Shown piece after piece: positions 44,289-52,799 of a stretch of DNA of 62,810 nt (positions are counted from its first letter, which is position 1; each line of letters starts with the position of its first letter). The position numbers were made by a program, and so were the translations under genes. Source of the stretch: a virus. Its lineage: Duplodnaviria; Caudoviricetes. The notes beneath the pieces were generated by a model. It ran no database searches, was not told where the DNA came from, and saw only the letters and a program-made list of their open reading frames with translations. Where the stretch lies: positions 1 to 62,810 of the IMG/VR virus record IMGVR_UViG_3300037722_000563; one strand, written 5' to 3'.

Positions 44289-44613
44289 CTGAGTTCGATG
44301 AAGCGGAACGAAAGACGATCAGGACCGGGGGGCAGTGCCCCGCGCCTCCACCATAAGTACATTCACGGGCAACAGATTGTGTGACGAATCAGGATCGTAT
44401 GCCTGCGTGGACACGCCAAAGTGAATGTACTTTTGATGGGGGCGAACTAGGTTCGACTGGCGGCAAGTAGGGATGTCGAGGACTCCGGGATGATACCCAC
44501 GTAGCGGATCAAAACATCTAAACGCAAATGACAACGTAGCGTTCGAGGACATGGCTCTAGCAGCCTAGGTCTCATAGGGTTTCGGGGGACGACCTAGTAA
44601 CAGAAGGTCCCCC
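44289..44613 (+). ncRNA. ssrA: Circularly permuted two-piece tmRNA (alphaproteobacterial type)
   Basis: Acceptor piece with GGCAGTG T-loop ends CGCCTCCACCA (44353); coding piece starts GGGGGCGAA (44438); tag ANDNVAFEDMALAA* at 44524-44568. Confidence 0.92.
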
Positions 44614-44682
44614 ACCCCCATTTGACTAGTCATGCGAGTCTGAGTATAATTCAGGCTCGTTCATGATTCATAGGAGACCAGA

Positions 44683-44793
44683 ATGATCGCTCAGCTTCAA
44701 GCCATAGCTACTGCCTTGCAGGAGATTCTAACGTTGGTTCCGCAGGTTACGACTGCGTTAACCAGCTTTCAAACCTTTCTCAATACCCTATAG
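44683..44793 (+). CDS. Small amphipathic peptide (36 aa)
   Basis: Promoter TTGACT-N17-TATAAT (44622-50); AGGAG RBS; MIAQLQAIATALQEILTLVPQVTTALTSFQTFLNTL. Confidence 0.6.
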   Translation: MIAQLQAIATALQEILTLVPQVTTALTSFQTFLNTL

Positions 44794-45038
44794 TTGTATC
44801 GCTATATGGGATAATAGGGCTCAAGGGATTTTTGGGGCTAGGGATGCTTTGGCCGCAATGCTGGCGTGTCTTCTGGCAATCGCCATGGCAATTAAAGTAC
44901 GTCATGATTTCATATCGTTAAACGAACTGGATGTAAAACTGGAAGCTCGTCTTAGCGACGGTTGGGAAATTGTATTCTCAAATTTCGTCACAGCTAGCCC
45001 AGGTCATCTGAATTCTGAGGCGAAGATGCTATTCATAT

Positions 45039-45329
45039 TTAAGAAGACAACATCTTAGCTGCCCAAGCTGCGGCCTGTTCAAGCACGTCCCCATGACAAG
45101 CCATAGGTTTACAACAGCACACGAGGTCCTTCCCGTGTAACTCAGCCAATTCCTGTAACTTAATGTCGTCGTGGATGATCTTTCGCCACAGGTCTTCACG
45201 ATATGCGGATATAGCTTGTTCGCGCGTGGTTCCTGGTTCGATTCTGTGCGCGTTACTCCATTTGGATGGACGCATTATAACGACGGCATCCTTAGGTATG
45301 CGGTGGCGCCGAACGTTAAGAACGGTCAT
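45039..45329 (-). CDS. DUF4326 domain protein
   Basis: RPSKWSN, LHGKDLVCCCKPMACHGDVL. Confidence 0.85.
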   Translation of the reverse strand: MTVLNVRRHRIPKDAVVIMRPSKWSNAHRIEPGTTREQAISAYREDLWRKIIHDDIKLQELAELHGKDLVCCCKPMACHGDVLEQAAAWAAKMLSS

Positions 45330-45466
45330 CCTTGACCTTGATACTTTTTGAATTGCCGACGCTTCGACTTGTTGGTCGGTCGAGTGTTAGACGATTGGCC
45401 GATGCTTGTACGGCGATGCGGTGTAACATTCACCCGCTCTTTATTTTTGCTCATTGCTCTTGCCAT
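45326..45466 (-). CDS. Small basic peptide (46 aa) ending KRRQFKKYQGQG
   Basis: AAGGAG RBS; coupled to both neighbours. Confidence 0.65.
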   Translation of the reverse strand: MARAMSKNKERVNVTPHRRTSIGQSSNTRPTNKSKRRQFKKYQGQG

Positions 45467-45801
45467 TATCTATCTCCTTTATAATCTGAAACTCGTACAT
45501 GCGGGTATACTTCTTGAATCTCTTTAAGTACGTTGACGTAATCTTCACCTATGTCGTCAAGGGCCACATCAGCTAAAATATCACGTAACAGATGCAGGAA
45601 ATTTCTGTGGCCGCTACGTACTGTGCCATCAGGCAAATGCTTGGCTATGCTACCATTAATGTAATGCCAGCCGTCTTCTCCTTTATATGAGACTTCATAT
45701 ACGTGCCTGTCGTACTTGGAATGTACACGCATGGACCCAAACTCAATTGGTTCAGCCGTATACCCGAATGGATGGATATTGAAGTTAAATGTCATTGCCA
45801 T
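45466..45801 (-). CDS. Hypothetical protein
   Basis: GAGGAG RBS. Confidence 0.6.
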   Translation of the reverse strand: MAMTFNFNIHPFGYTAEPIEFGSMRVHSKYDRHVYEVSYKGEDGWHYINGSIAKHLPDGTVRSGHRNFLHLLRDILADVALDDIGEDYVNVLKEIQEVYPHVRVSDYKGDR

Positions 45802-46040
45802 CGGTTGTTCTCCTCGTAATGCTTAGTTGAGCACCCAGCACCACAAAATGGTTTGGAATATGGTGGTATGAATAAATTTGGAATTCGATTTTCATCACCA
45901 AAAATAGATAGAAGATGTGGCCGCACTGCTTTCCATACGGAACTTGGTAAAGGGGTCCAATATTTAGAACCCTCTGCAATCCCACCACATTGTACACAAT
46001 CTCCTGTGGCTGTCTCGTATAGATTCATTCGTTTTTCCAA
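45792..46040 (-). CDS. Small Zn-finger-like protein
   Basis: CVQCG ... FCGAGC. Confidence 0.55.
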   Translation of the reverse strand: MEKRMNLYETATGDCVQCGGIAEGSKYWTPLPSSVWKAVRPHLLSIFGDENRIPNLFIPPYSKPFCGAGCSTKHYEENNRWQ

Positions 46041-49000
46041 CTAAATTATATCACAAATACCTGCTGAGCAAGCCAGTTCTCGGGTATTGTTTGTGTTGTC
46101 TTCGCTTTCGTACTTGCTTAGCCCACTCCAGTCTATCTCAGGCATAGCCGCAAGTACTTCCTGATACTTCTCCTTGGTTATTTCCTGGTATGGAGCTTGT
46201 TTGTAGGTATGATCTGTGTGCGGTAGGAAGGCCAGCCCACCAGCCGAATCGAAATTATCCCACACCCATGCCCCAACAGACGGCCACTCTTTTTCTCGCA
46301 CATATACAGTTATGGATGGGTTATGCTCACACCAGTTATCGTGAAACACTTTCCAGTGTTCAAGCTGTTCAAGGGCACTCATGTCATTACGCAAAACAGA
46401 ACCTTCTGGACTTTCCGCAGGGAACGAGAAAACTACATTTTCTTTATTCATTACGTCTATTTCATAAGGCACCCCCTGATCTATCATCATCTGGGTAAGT
46501 GGGTCCTTAGCATCCTGGCGCACAGTACGTATATAATATTTAGAAAAAGCCGTATGCATGCCGCTAGGTGTGTTCACAAGCTGGCTGGACGTACCTTCTG
46601 GTTTTATGCAAGTTACAGCCGCACTCTGAGGAATGCCTAGTCGTTCAGCCCACTCCTTATTAGTGGATATGGCAACCTCTTTTAGACGCAGTAATAGATT
46701 AGCTGTTCCACCAAGGCCGCTAGCAGAACGACCATTGAGCAAAGGATTAGCCATTATACCCGTCATGCTTACACCAAGAAGCCGCTCTTCCTCACAGTTA
46801 TCCTGCCATTTCTTTGTAAGATACCTGAATTTAGTAAGAGTGGATTGCCATGTTCCAAGAATAGTTGCTAGGCGTACTTTCTCTTCCAATGTATCTGGAT
46901 TGTCGTCAGGTCGAACTACAACTGTGCTTAAATTACAAAATTGCTTTGGCCGTAGAATAATCTCACCGCAGTTTCCTGTGACGATTCCGTTAAACGTCCC
47001 CCTGTTCGCCAACGAATCGGTAAAGCAGAAAGTCTCGTGTGGTCCGGCGTCATATACTGAAATGACGCGAACAAATTGGCGGGCATCCCTTTGTGGAATC
47101 TGTCCGTCATGTTCAAGCCGAGAAAGTTGAAGTCCCTTAGAAATAAGGTACGCGGAATCGGTGTTGCCAATCAACAGCCGCCAAGTTTTTTGACAATAGT
47201 ATGTTCCACCCGGCATGTCCTTTTCGCGGCTCTCGTGGCCTCGGACTACTTTCGCACGAATGCCGAGACGTGTAAGCATCAATTGAGTATGCAATAGAAA
47301 AGTCTTGTCAATAGATGTGATCTGAAAGCCTGATCCTTGTTTGTCTTTTGTAACGGTTCCATCCGAATCCAGTAAACCAGCAAGCCATTCCAGGCAATAA
47401 GCCGACGTAGCCTTGACAGGAACGAATCGCCGGTCAAGCATAGGTCCATGGGTCCACCGTTTACGCAGGCGATCCCCATCTTTTTTTATGTCTCCGACCA
47501 GCCGAGCCGCACAGGAGTATTTAGGCTCATAAAGCCAAGAATGGTTCAATCCGTGGTTTCCGTCTCCCGCATAAAATCCTTGAGAGTATCCGTCGATGTT
47601 AGGATCGCTGCCCTCGTTAACAAAAGGCATATCGTATTTAGTCAATTTATCTCCTGGACGTAAATCCTCTGCGCATACCCTACGCTCGTTTCCTCCCCGA
47701 GACCACCCATCCCATACAAGAAACATATGATATGGCGTGCAATGAAGACTTGTGCCATCAGAAAAAGTTACGATAACAGTTTCGTTCATCCCTGTACTAA
47801 ACGGGACCACGGAAGACCATTGTTCTCCATTCCAAATCTGGACAGGCTGATCCACTAGATCGGAAATCTCATAATATCCGTGCGACGTAAGGATAGGCGT
47901 ATCACCGGAAACGCAAGGATTCGTTCCAAAATCAATAGCACGAGGTTCAATACCATTTGACAGGTTGCCCTTACGTCGCTCATTTTTCATAGCCTGTATG
48001 CGTGCAGCTTCGCGATTGAAGATACCGCGCTCGCCTGACTTAGACGCATAAAGGGACATCCATTCTTCCATATATTGCCCAACTTCAGGTTGCTCTGTGT
48101 AAGCCACTGAGTTATTTGCAATGCGTCTCTGTGGCTCCAATACCCACCATTCGCCTGATTTGGCATCTCTCATACGCTGATCGCTTAGGTTGGATAGGCT
48201 AATCAGTGCAGACCGGCGAACACCACCCACTACGACACATTCACCGATCATGCATATGATATCATGACATTGAATACTTGTAAGCTTTCTTTGGCCGTTC
48301 TCTATAGCATTTTGAAACAAACGGATAGTGTGTGTAAATAGGTCAATCAACGGTTGGGGTCCACTAGCGCGGCCACCCATGGTTTTTAGACGCGCACCGG
48401 CAGGCCGCACCTTAGACGTATCCCATTTGGGTATGCGCCCAGCATAGAGGAGGCTGAGGAGTTCCCGGTATGCCTCAGCCCAGCCTCTCTTGGAGTCACG
48501 CACAGCAATTGTAATCCCAGACTCCTCAAGGCGCTCGGGAAGCGCAGGAAGCTGGTTTACGTACTGGCGTTCCACCGAGAAGCCAACTCCTGTAGCGCAC
48601 ATCAGCACGAACAGGATTTCATCGAATGCACGAATATCATCTACCGGACGGTATGCACAGTTTCCGGTAACAAGTCCCTTGTTGAGTACAAATGTGTTTG
48701 TATCGGGGACCTCAGCACAGTAAACGGGCTCCACCCGTCCAGTAGGTTCCACGGATACGACCACGTAATGGGATTCAAGGGGGCGAAACCGCTCCCGTTT
48801 CCGTTCGATGAGGAAATCGTCCGCCAACAGGGACGACCGGCTGAGGAATACGACCCACGAATGGCTCTTGCGTTCTCCGAGATTTGTCCGGTTTGACTGC
48901 TGTGTAGCCCTCTGTACAACAAAGCCGACCTTCGAAGCAATATGCTCCAGCCACCACTTACCGGCCTCCTTTGTGCAAATAGACACCTGTCCTGCTGCAC

Positions 49001-49874
49001 TGATATATCCATCAGCAGCCATCCACCCGCGAAGGAACCCCACAAGGTAGCTGTCGGTCTCGTCCACGGAGGGGAGAGTTTTTAAACTGTGCGTCTTGGC
49101 GAACCCATCATACAGCATCACCACAGGGTCACCGTTGGCTGACGGGGGATAGCATACGGGATACCCGTCGAACCACGGGAGCAGGTCCGCCGCGTCGGAG
49201 CACAGCCTGATATGGTATCCCTTAGCCCGCTTACAGGAGTATACAGCGGTACCGTCGCCATATACCAGACCATGGATCACCCCCAGCCGGTAGTCTTCGT
49301 CATCTGTAGACGGACGTTCTGCTGCTACAAAGGGTACCCTGTCCCCGGAACGCAGGAATTCAGTGGGCACCACACGGCCACCCTCAAGGAGCCAGCGGTG
49401 GTTGGCTGTGCAATCTACAGAATTCAATGTATTCGAATTCAACTTAAGGCTGACGGTGTGTGTGTCTTGGCTGCCATAACAGTTAAACTCTGCGGCGGTC
49501 CATCGGCTGTCCTTATTCAGGACCGTGGCCGTAGAGCCGCTCAACTGTTCGATAGGAACCAGGCCGTGCTCATGGGTGAGAACAAGTGTGGAGCCCGCTA
49601 CCGGATTATATCCAGATACATGATCACGGCCTAGAGCATTGCCAGCAGCCATGAGACAACGCATGGACGGCATAACATCAAGTTTTTGTACAGCATCTTT
49701 GATAGGTAAATATTCCTGAGGGGCGATAGAACCGTGGTTTTCACGTAGATAGGGTATGAAGAAATCAAAATACCGCTGAACTGTCTCATCCCAAGTCTCT
49801 CTGCGACCTTCGTTTTCGTTCCAACGGGCATAACGGCTAGCATGAATGAATCGTTGATAGTCTGTCTTAAACAT
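46041..49874 (-). CDS. nrdJ: Class II (B12-dependent) ribonucleotide reductase with two inteins
   Basis: SRYARW, MPSMR, YN|CAY, GGVRRSA, GTNP|CGEI, TCIKPEGT, C-terminal ACSAGICD. Confidence 0.92.
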   Translation of the reverse strand: MFKTDYQRFIHASRYARWNENEGRRETWDETVQRYFDFFIPYLRENHGSIAPQEYLPIKDAVQKLDVMPSMRCLMAAGNALGRDHVSGYNPVAGSTLVLTHEHGLVPIEQLSGSTATVLNKDSRWTAAEFNCYGSQDTHTVSLKLNSNTLNSVDCTANHRWLLEGGRVVPTEFLRSGDRVPFVAAERPSTDDEDYRLGVIHGLVYGDGTAVYSCKRAKGYHIRLCSDAADLLPWFDGYPVCYPPSANGDPVVMLYDGFAKTHSLKTLPSVDETDSYLVGFLRGWMAADGYISAAGQVSICTKEAGKWWLEHIASKVGFVVQRATQQSNRTNLGERKSHSWVVFLSRSSLLADDFLIERKRERFRPLESHYVVVSVEPTGRVEPVYCAEVPDTNTFVLNKGLVTGNCAYRPVDDIRAFDEILFVLMCATGVGFSVERQYVNQLPALPERLEESGITIAVRDSKRGWAEAYRELLSLLYAGRIPKWDTSKVRPAGARLKTMGGRASGPQPLIDLFTHTIRLFQNAIENGQRKLTSIQCHDIICMIGECVVVGGVRRSALISLSNLSDQRMRDAKSGEWWVLEPQRRIANNSVAYTEQPEVGQYMEEWMSLYASKSGERGIFNREAARIQAMKNERRKGNLSNGIEPRAIDFGTNPCVSGDTPILTSHGYYEISDLVDQPVQIWNGEQWSSVVPFSTGMNETVIVTFSDGTSLHCTPYHMFLVWDGWSRGGNERRVCAEDLRPGDKLTKYDMPFVNEGSDPNIDGYSQGFYAGDGNHGLNHSWLYEPKYSCAARLVGDIKKDGDRLRKRWTHGPMLDRRFVPVKATSAYCLEWLAGLLDSDGTVTKDKQGSGFQITSIDKTFLLHTQLMLTRLGIRAKVVRGHESREKDMPGGTYYCQKTWRLLIGNTDSAYLISKGLQLSRLEHDGQIPQRDARQFVRVISVYDAGPHETFCFTDSLANRGTFNGIVTGNCGEIILRPKQFCNLSTVVVRPDDNPDTLEEKVRLATILGTWQSTLTKFRYLTKKWQDNCEEERLLGVSMTGIMANPLLNGRSASGLGGTANLLLRLKEVAISTNKEWAERLGIPQSAAVTCIKPEGTSSQLVNTPSGMHTAFSKYYIRTVRQDAKDPLTQMMIDQGVPYEIDVMNKENVVFSFPAESPEGSVLRNDMSALEQLEHWKVFHDNWCEHNPSITVYVREKEWPSVGAWVWDNFDSAGGLAFLPHTDHTYKQAPYQEITKEKYQEVLAAMPEIDWSGLSKYESEDNTNNTRELACSAGICDII
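46971..47915 (-). mobile_element. Class 1 intein with LAGLIDADG domain (315 aa)
   Basis: CVSGDT...CTPYH...GIVTGN|C; WLAGLLDSDG. Confidence 0.9.
48660..49604 (-). mobile_element. Class 3 intein (Pro-start) with LAGLIDADG domain (315 aa)
   Basis: PVAGST...CTANHRW...VYCAEV...LVTGN|C; FLRGWMAADG. Confidence 0.88.
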
Positions 49875-50340
49875 TTAAGGAGTATCCTTTAGTTTTATTG
49901 TTAAGAGCACGGTAAATTGTCATAGTCGATACTCCAATATTACAAGATATATCTTTATATGATTTCCCCTGTTCTCTAAGTTTCTGTGCCGATTTTATTT
50001 CTTTTTCTTCTAATTTTAGTAAAGAAGGTTTGGAAAATATATTGAAAAGATTAACTGAATTATATTGTTTAAAAAGTTTCTGTTCTAATATATGTGCTTC
50101 TACCTTGGTTAATCCTTGTTGGATAATTTCTACAATATCCCCCATCGTGTAACCCATATCGAAAAGAGAATCTAACCATTTTTGATGATCTTTAGTACGA
50201 TTTCCGCGTTTTGGCCCGCCTTTACTAGACCAACCACAAGCCCAAGCCCGACCTTTAGAGCCAGCCCCCACATATCGAACTATATTTGTTATGGGATCGC
50301 GGTGAATATAGGTATAACGCTGATAATTGGTTGGCAGCAT
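49867..50340 (-). CDS. GIY-YIG-like homing endonuclease with C-terminal HTH
   Basis: YTYIHRDP...RYVGAG...R..E; SYKDISCNIGVSTMTIYR; AT-rich. Confidence 0.7.
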   Translation of the reverse strand: MLPTNYQRYTYIHRDPITNIVRYVGAGSKGRAWACGWSSKGGPKRGNRTKDHQKWLDSLFDMGYTMGDIVEIIQQGLTKVEAHILEQKLFKQYNSVNLFNIFSKPSLLKLEEKEIKSAQKLREQGKSYKDISCNIGVSTMTIYRALNNKTKGYSLNV

Positions 50341-50367
50341 GGGATTCTCCAGAGTTTTTTGGGATTA

Positions 50368-50404
50368 AAAAGAAGCCCTAATCATAACAGATTGGGGCTT
50401 CTTT
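50368..50404 (-). terminator. Intrinsic terminator
   Basis: AAAGAAGCCCTAATC/GATTGGGGCTTCTTT inverted repeat. Confidence 0.7.
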
Positions 50405-50420
50405 AGCAAGCTGCCGCATA

Positions 50421-50645
50421 CTACAAAGTGTACCTAGCTACCGTTTGTCCGTTGCCATTCATGACAAAAACATCACGAAAATTGGGATCACTTTTTTCTG
50501 TTAAACCTAGGTGTTCTGCTTCAACACCATTATTTATCAAGAGACCGGGTTCATCACCGGTACTAACGGGGATAAATTCTACAGAACTAGCTGGGATTAT
50601 AACTTCCCTACGGGTTTCTTTATATCGTATTAAAACTGTTAACAT
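50421..50645 (-). CDS. Hypothetical protein
   Basis: AGGAG RBS; VFVMNGNGQTVARY motif. Confidence 0.6.
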   Translation of the reverse strand: MLTVLIRYKETRREVIIPASSVEFIPVSTGDEPGLLINNGVEAEHLGLTEKSDPNFRDVFVMNGNGQTVARYTL

Positions 50646-50715
50646 ATCATTCACTCCTACTACTTCTATGTCACATCTACCGGAGTGACTACGGATATCC
50701 CCACTTGGGGTATCA

Positions 50716-51201
50716 CTATGAGGCTGGTACTTCCTCACCATATTCCGACCGCTGTACGATAGGCAGATATCTCTCTTCCCACCATTCATCTTCATAGTGT
50801 TTTGATGTGGGATAATCTCGGGTGTTTACCGCGCCGTTAAGATATGCATTCCTAGCTAAGAGCCGAGATTTTTGTTCTACTGAAGTCACAATCCAGTCTT
50901 CAGCCTTACCATACTGAGCAGGGTATCTAGCGCACAGTTTCGTTACATTTTGTGTCACAACCTCGTCAATGGATACGTCAAAAGCATTCAATGCGTGAAA
51001 GAAGTACCACAATACATCGCCAAGCTCTTTTATCAAATCATCTCTGTTTAATTCTTTACCGTGCAGTAGATGCTTCTTTATCAATTCAGAAACTTCACCA
51101 GCTTCTCCGTTTAGACCGAGAGCAGCTAAGAATTTTGCGTCACGCTCACCCTTTGTGAAGTTGCCTAGCTTTACAAATGCTTGGAATTTTTCAGTTTGCA
51201 T
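50716..51201 (-). CDS. MazG-like nucleotide pyrophosphohydrolase
   Basis: LGLNGEAGEV...KELGDVLWY...NVTKLCARYP. Confidence 0.88.
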   Translation of the reverse strand: MQTEKFQAFVKLGNFTKGERDAKFLAALGLNGEAGEVSELIKKHLLHGKELNRDDLIKELGDVLWYFFHALNAFDVSIDEVVTQNVTKLCARYPAQYGKAEDWIVTSVEQKSRLLARNAYLNGAVNTRDYPTSKHYEDEWWEERYLPIVQRSEYGEEVPAS

Positions 51202-51841
51202 TGATTTTCATCCCTAAGTCAGAAGTTGCGCTATTAACGCGATCAAATAGCTCAAGCTGTATGTTCTTTGGCAGATTATTCTTTCCTATACCCCTAACAT
51301 CGTACGACATTAAAGCTAGGATATTCCACGCTGCCATGGCGAGGTGATGGCAACCAGTTGTTCCTTTTTCTAAATCGAATTCTAGGCCGTCATATCGCTC
51401 GCCAGCCATGAATTTATTGACATGACGCTTTGCACAACCGATCATTATAGACCAGTCCATACCTTCTTCCCAATTTCGTTCAGCGTATTTTTTCGAACCT
51501 TGGGTAGACACATCGGCTAACGCCCACTCCCACTCTGGAGGAGTAAGTTCCATTCGAGTTTTACCCTTATTATAGCGCTTGCCGCCACCGTCAGCACCAA
51601 CGCCCAACTCTTCCTGTCGTTTAGATCGTTCCCCCATATCCCATTCTTCCGTTTTATCTAGAGGCCATTTCATTTCCCTGGAGTCTGACTCACCGAACCT
51701 GCCAGGAGCTATATCTTTTCGCTCTGGTTCTATGCGTCCTGCTACAAGAGTATGTTCTGGTTCTTCCTGAAAGCGGTTATGCAAGAAAGGTTCGCATTGG
51801 CATGGTGCTGAATTGCAATATCCGCACATCTCATGGCCCAT
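51191..51841 (-). CDS. dATP/dGTP diphosphohydrolase (DUF5664)
   Basis: GK.RMEL, GSKKYAERNWEEG, RH, HLAMAAWN. Confidence 0.82.
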   Translation of the reverse strand: MGHEMCGYCNSAPCQCEPFLHNRFQEEPEHTLVAGRIEPERKDIAPGRFGESDSREMKWPLDKTEEWDMGERSKRQEELGVGADGGGKRYNKGKTRMELTPPEWEWALADVSTQGSKKYAERNWEEGMDWSIMIGCAKRHVNKFMAGERYDGLEFDLEKGTTGCHHLAMAAWNILALMSYDVRGIGKNNLPKNIQLELFDRVNSATSDLGMKINAN

Positions 51842-51843
51842 GG

Positions 51844-52335
51844 CTATATTCCTGGCGTTAGAAGATGAGCAATAAGATGTAATCCTTCATCCAACGTATC
51901 AACACGATAACCCAGAACACGTGCTGCCATCAGATGAGACAAATTTGGATCGTCTTTATGTCCAATACCTACGATAGGAATCTGAAGGGCATGAGCGAAC
52001 CCATACTCCATAAAGGTTCCACCGGATAACCGGCCACCACTTTCAAGGAAGCAAGCAACCATGGCGTCTGCTGTTCTTACGTCATTGAAATCTCGTGTAG
52101 TAATACCGGCTGATGTAGACATAGCGTGGTCACTGTAGAGATTTTGGTCTGATCCCAACACACCAATACTGGCTAAAAATTCTTTGCCGCGCATGGGGCT
52201 GTTACAGTGTATATGATCAAGCCCTGATTCCTCAATCATATCTCGAAATTTTTGACGCCAGCCGTACCGGGCCTCATCGTGTGTAAGACCGGTAATGGGA
52301 CCGGCTAAGTATATTGTTCGCTTAGGATACGACAT
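51844..52335 (-). CDS. Nucleoside 2-deoxyribosyltransferase-like protein
   Basis: IYLAGPI, RD..DV..AD, GTFMEYGFA. Confidence 0.8.
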   Translation of the reverse strand: MSYPKRTIYLAGPITGLTHDEARYGWRQKFRDMIEESGLDHIHCNSPMRGKEFLASIGVLGSDQNLYSDHAMSTSAGITTRDFNDVRTADAMVACFLESGGRLSGGTFMEYGFAHALQIPIVGIGHKDDPNLSHLMAARVLGYRVDTLDEGLHLIAHLLTPGI

Positions 52336-52470
52336 CAGGTGCCTCCTTCAAGAATTCTTTACGTGCTTCTTCCTCCGTAATTCCACCCTCTTCGGCTCTT
52401 TGTTTAAGAGCACGTAAGTCAAGCCACGGTGGAATACGAATAGCTACAAAAGGTTTAATATCTCGTACCA

Positions 52471-52740
52471 TTATGGAAATAACTCTTCTGAGTAAACATC
52501 ACCATTTTCTGCGATCTTACTGTCCTCATAGGGAACAGCTATTCGCCTGTATAGCTCCATTTTTGCGCATTCTAACGCACCTATGGCCTCATTTATCGTT
52601 GAATAACTGAGGCCCTGGAGCACAAGAAAATCATTTATAGCTGCGGTGAACACGAAGTTCAACTCCCCAGCTTTACCTGGAGTAGTTTCCCGGTCACGAA
52701 GCATGTTTCGGGCCGCAAAAGTATCATTAATGTAAGGCAT
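52471..52740 (-). CDS. Conserved phage protein (DUF6899-like)
   Basis: MPYI, GELN, ELYRRIAVPYED.KI.ENGDVY. Confidence 0.7.
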   Translation of the reverse strand: MPYINDTFAARNMLRDRETTPGKAGELNFVFTAAINDFLVLQGLSYSTINEAIGALECAKMELYRRIAVPYEDSKIAENGDVYSEELFP

Positions 52741-52799
52741 AATACAACCCTTTATATGGTAAAACCTTAGCATAAATTGCCGCTAAAGTCAAGAGAAAA

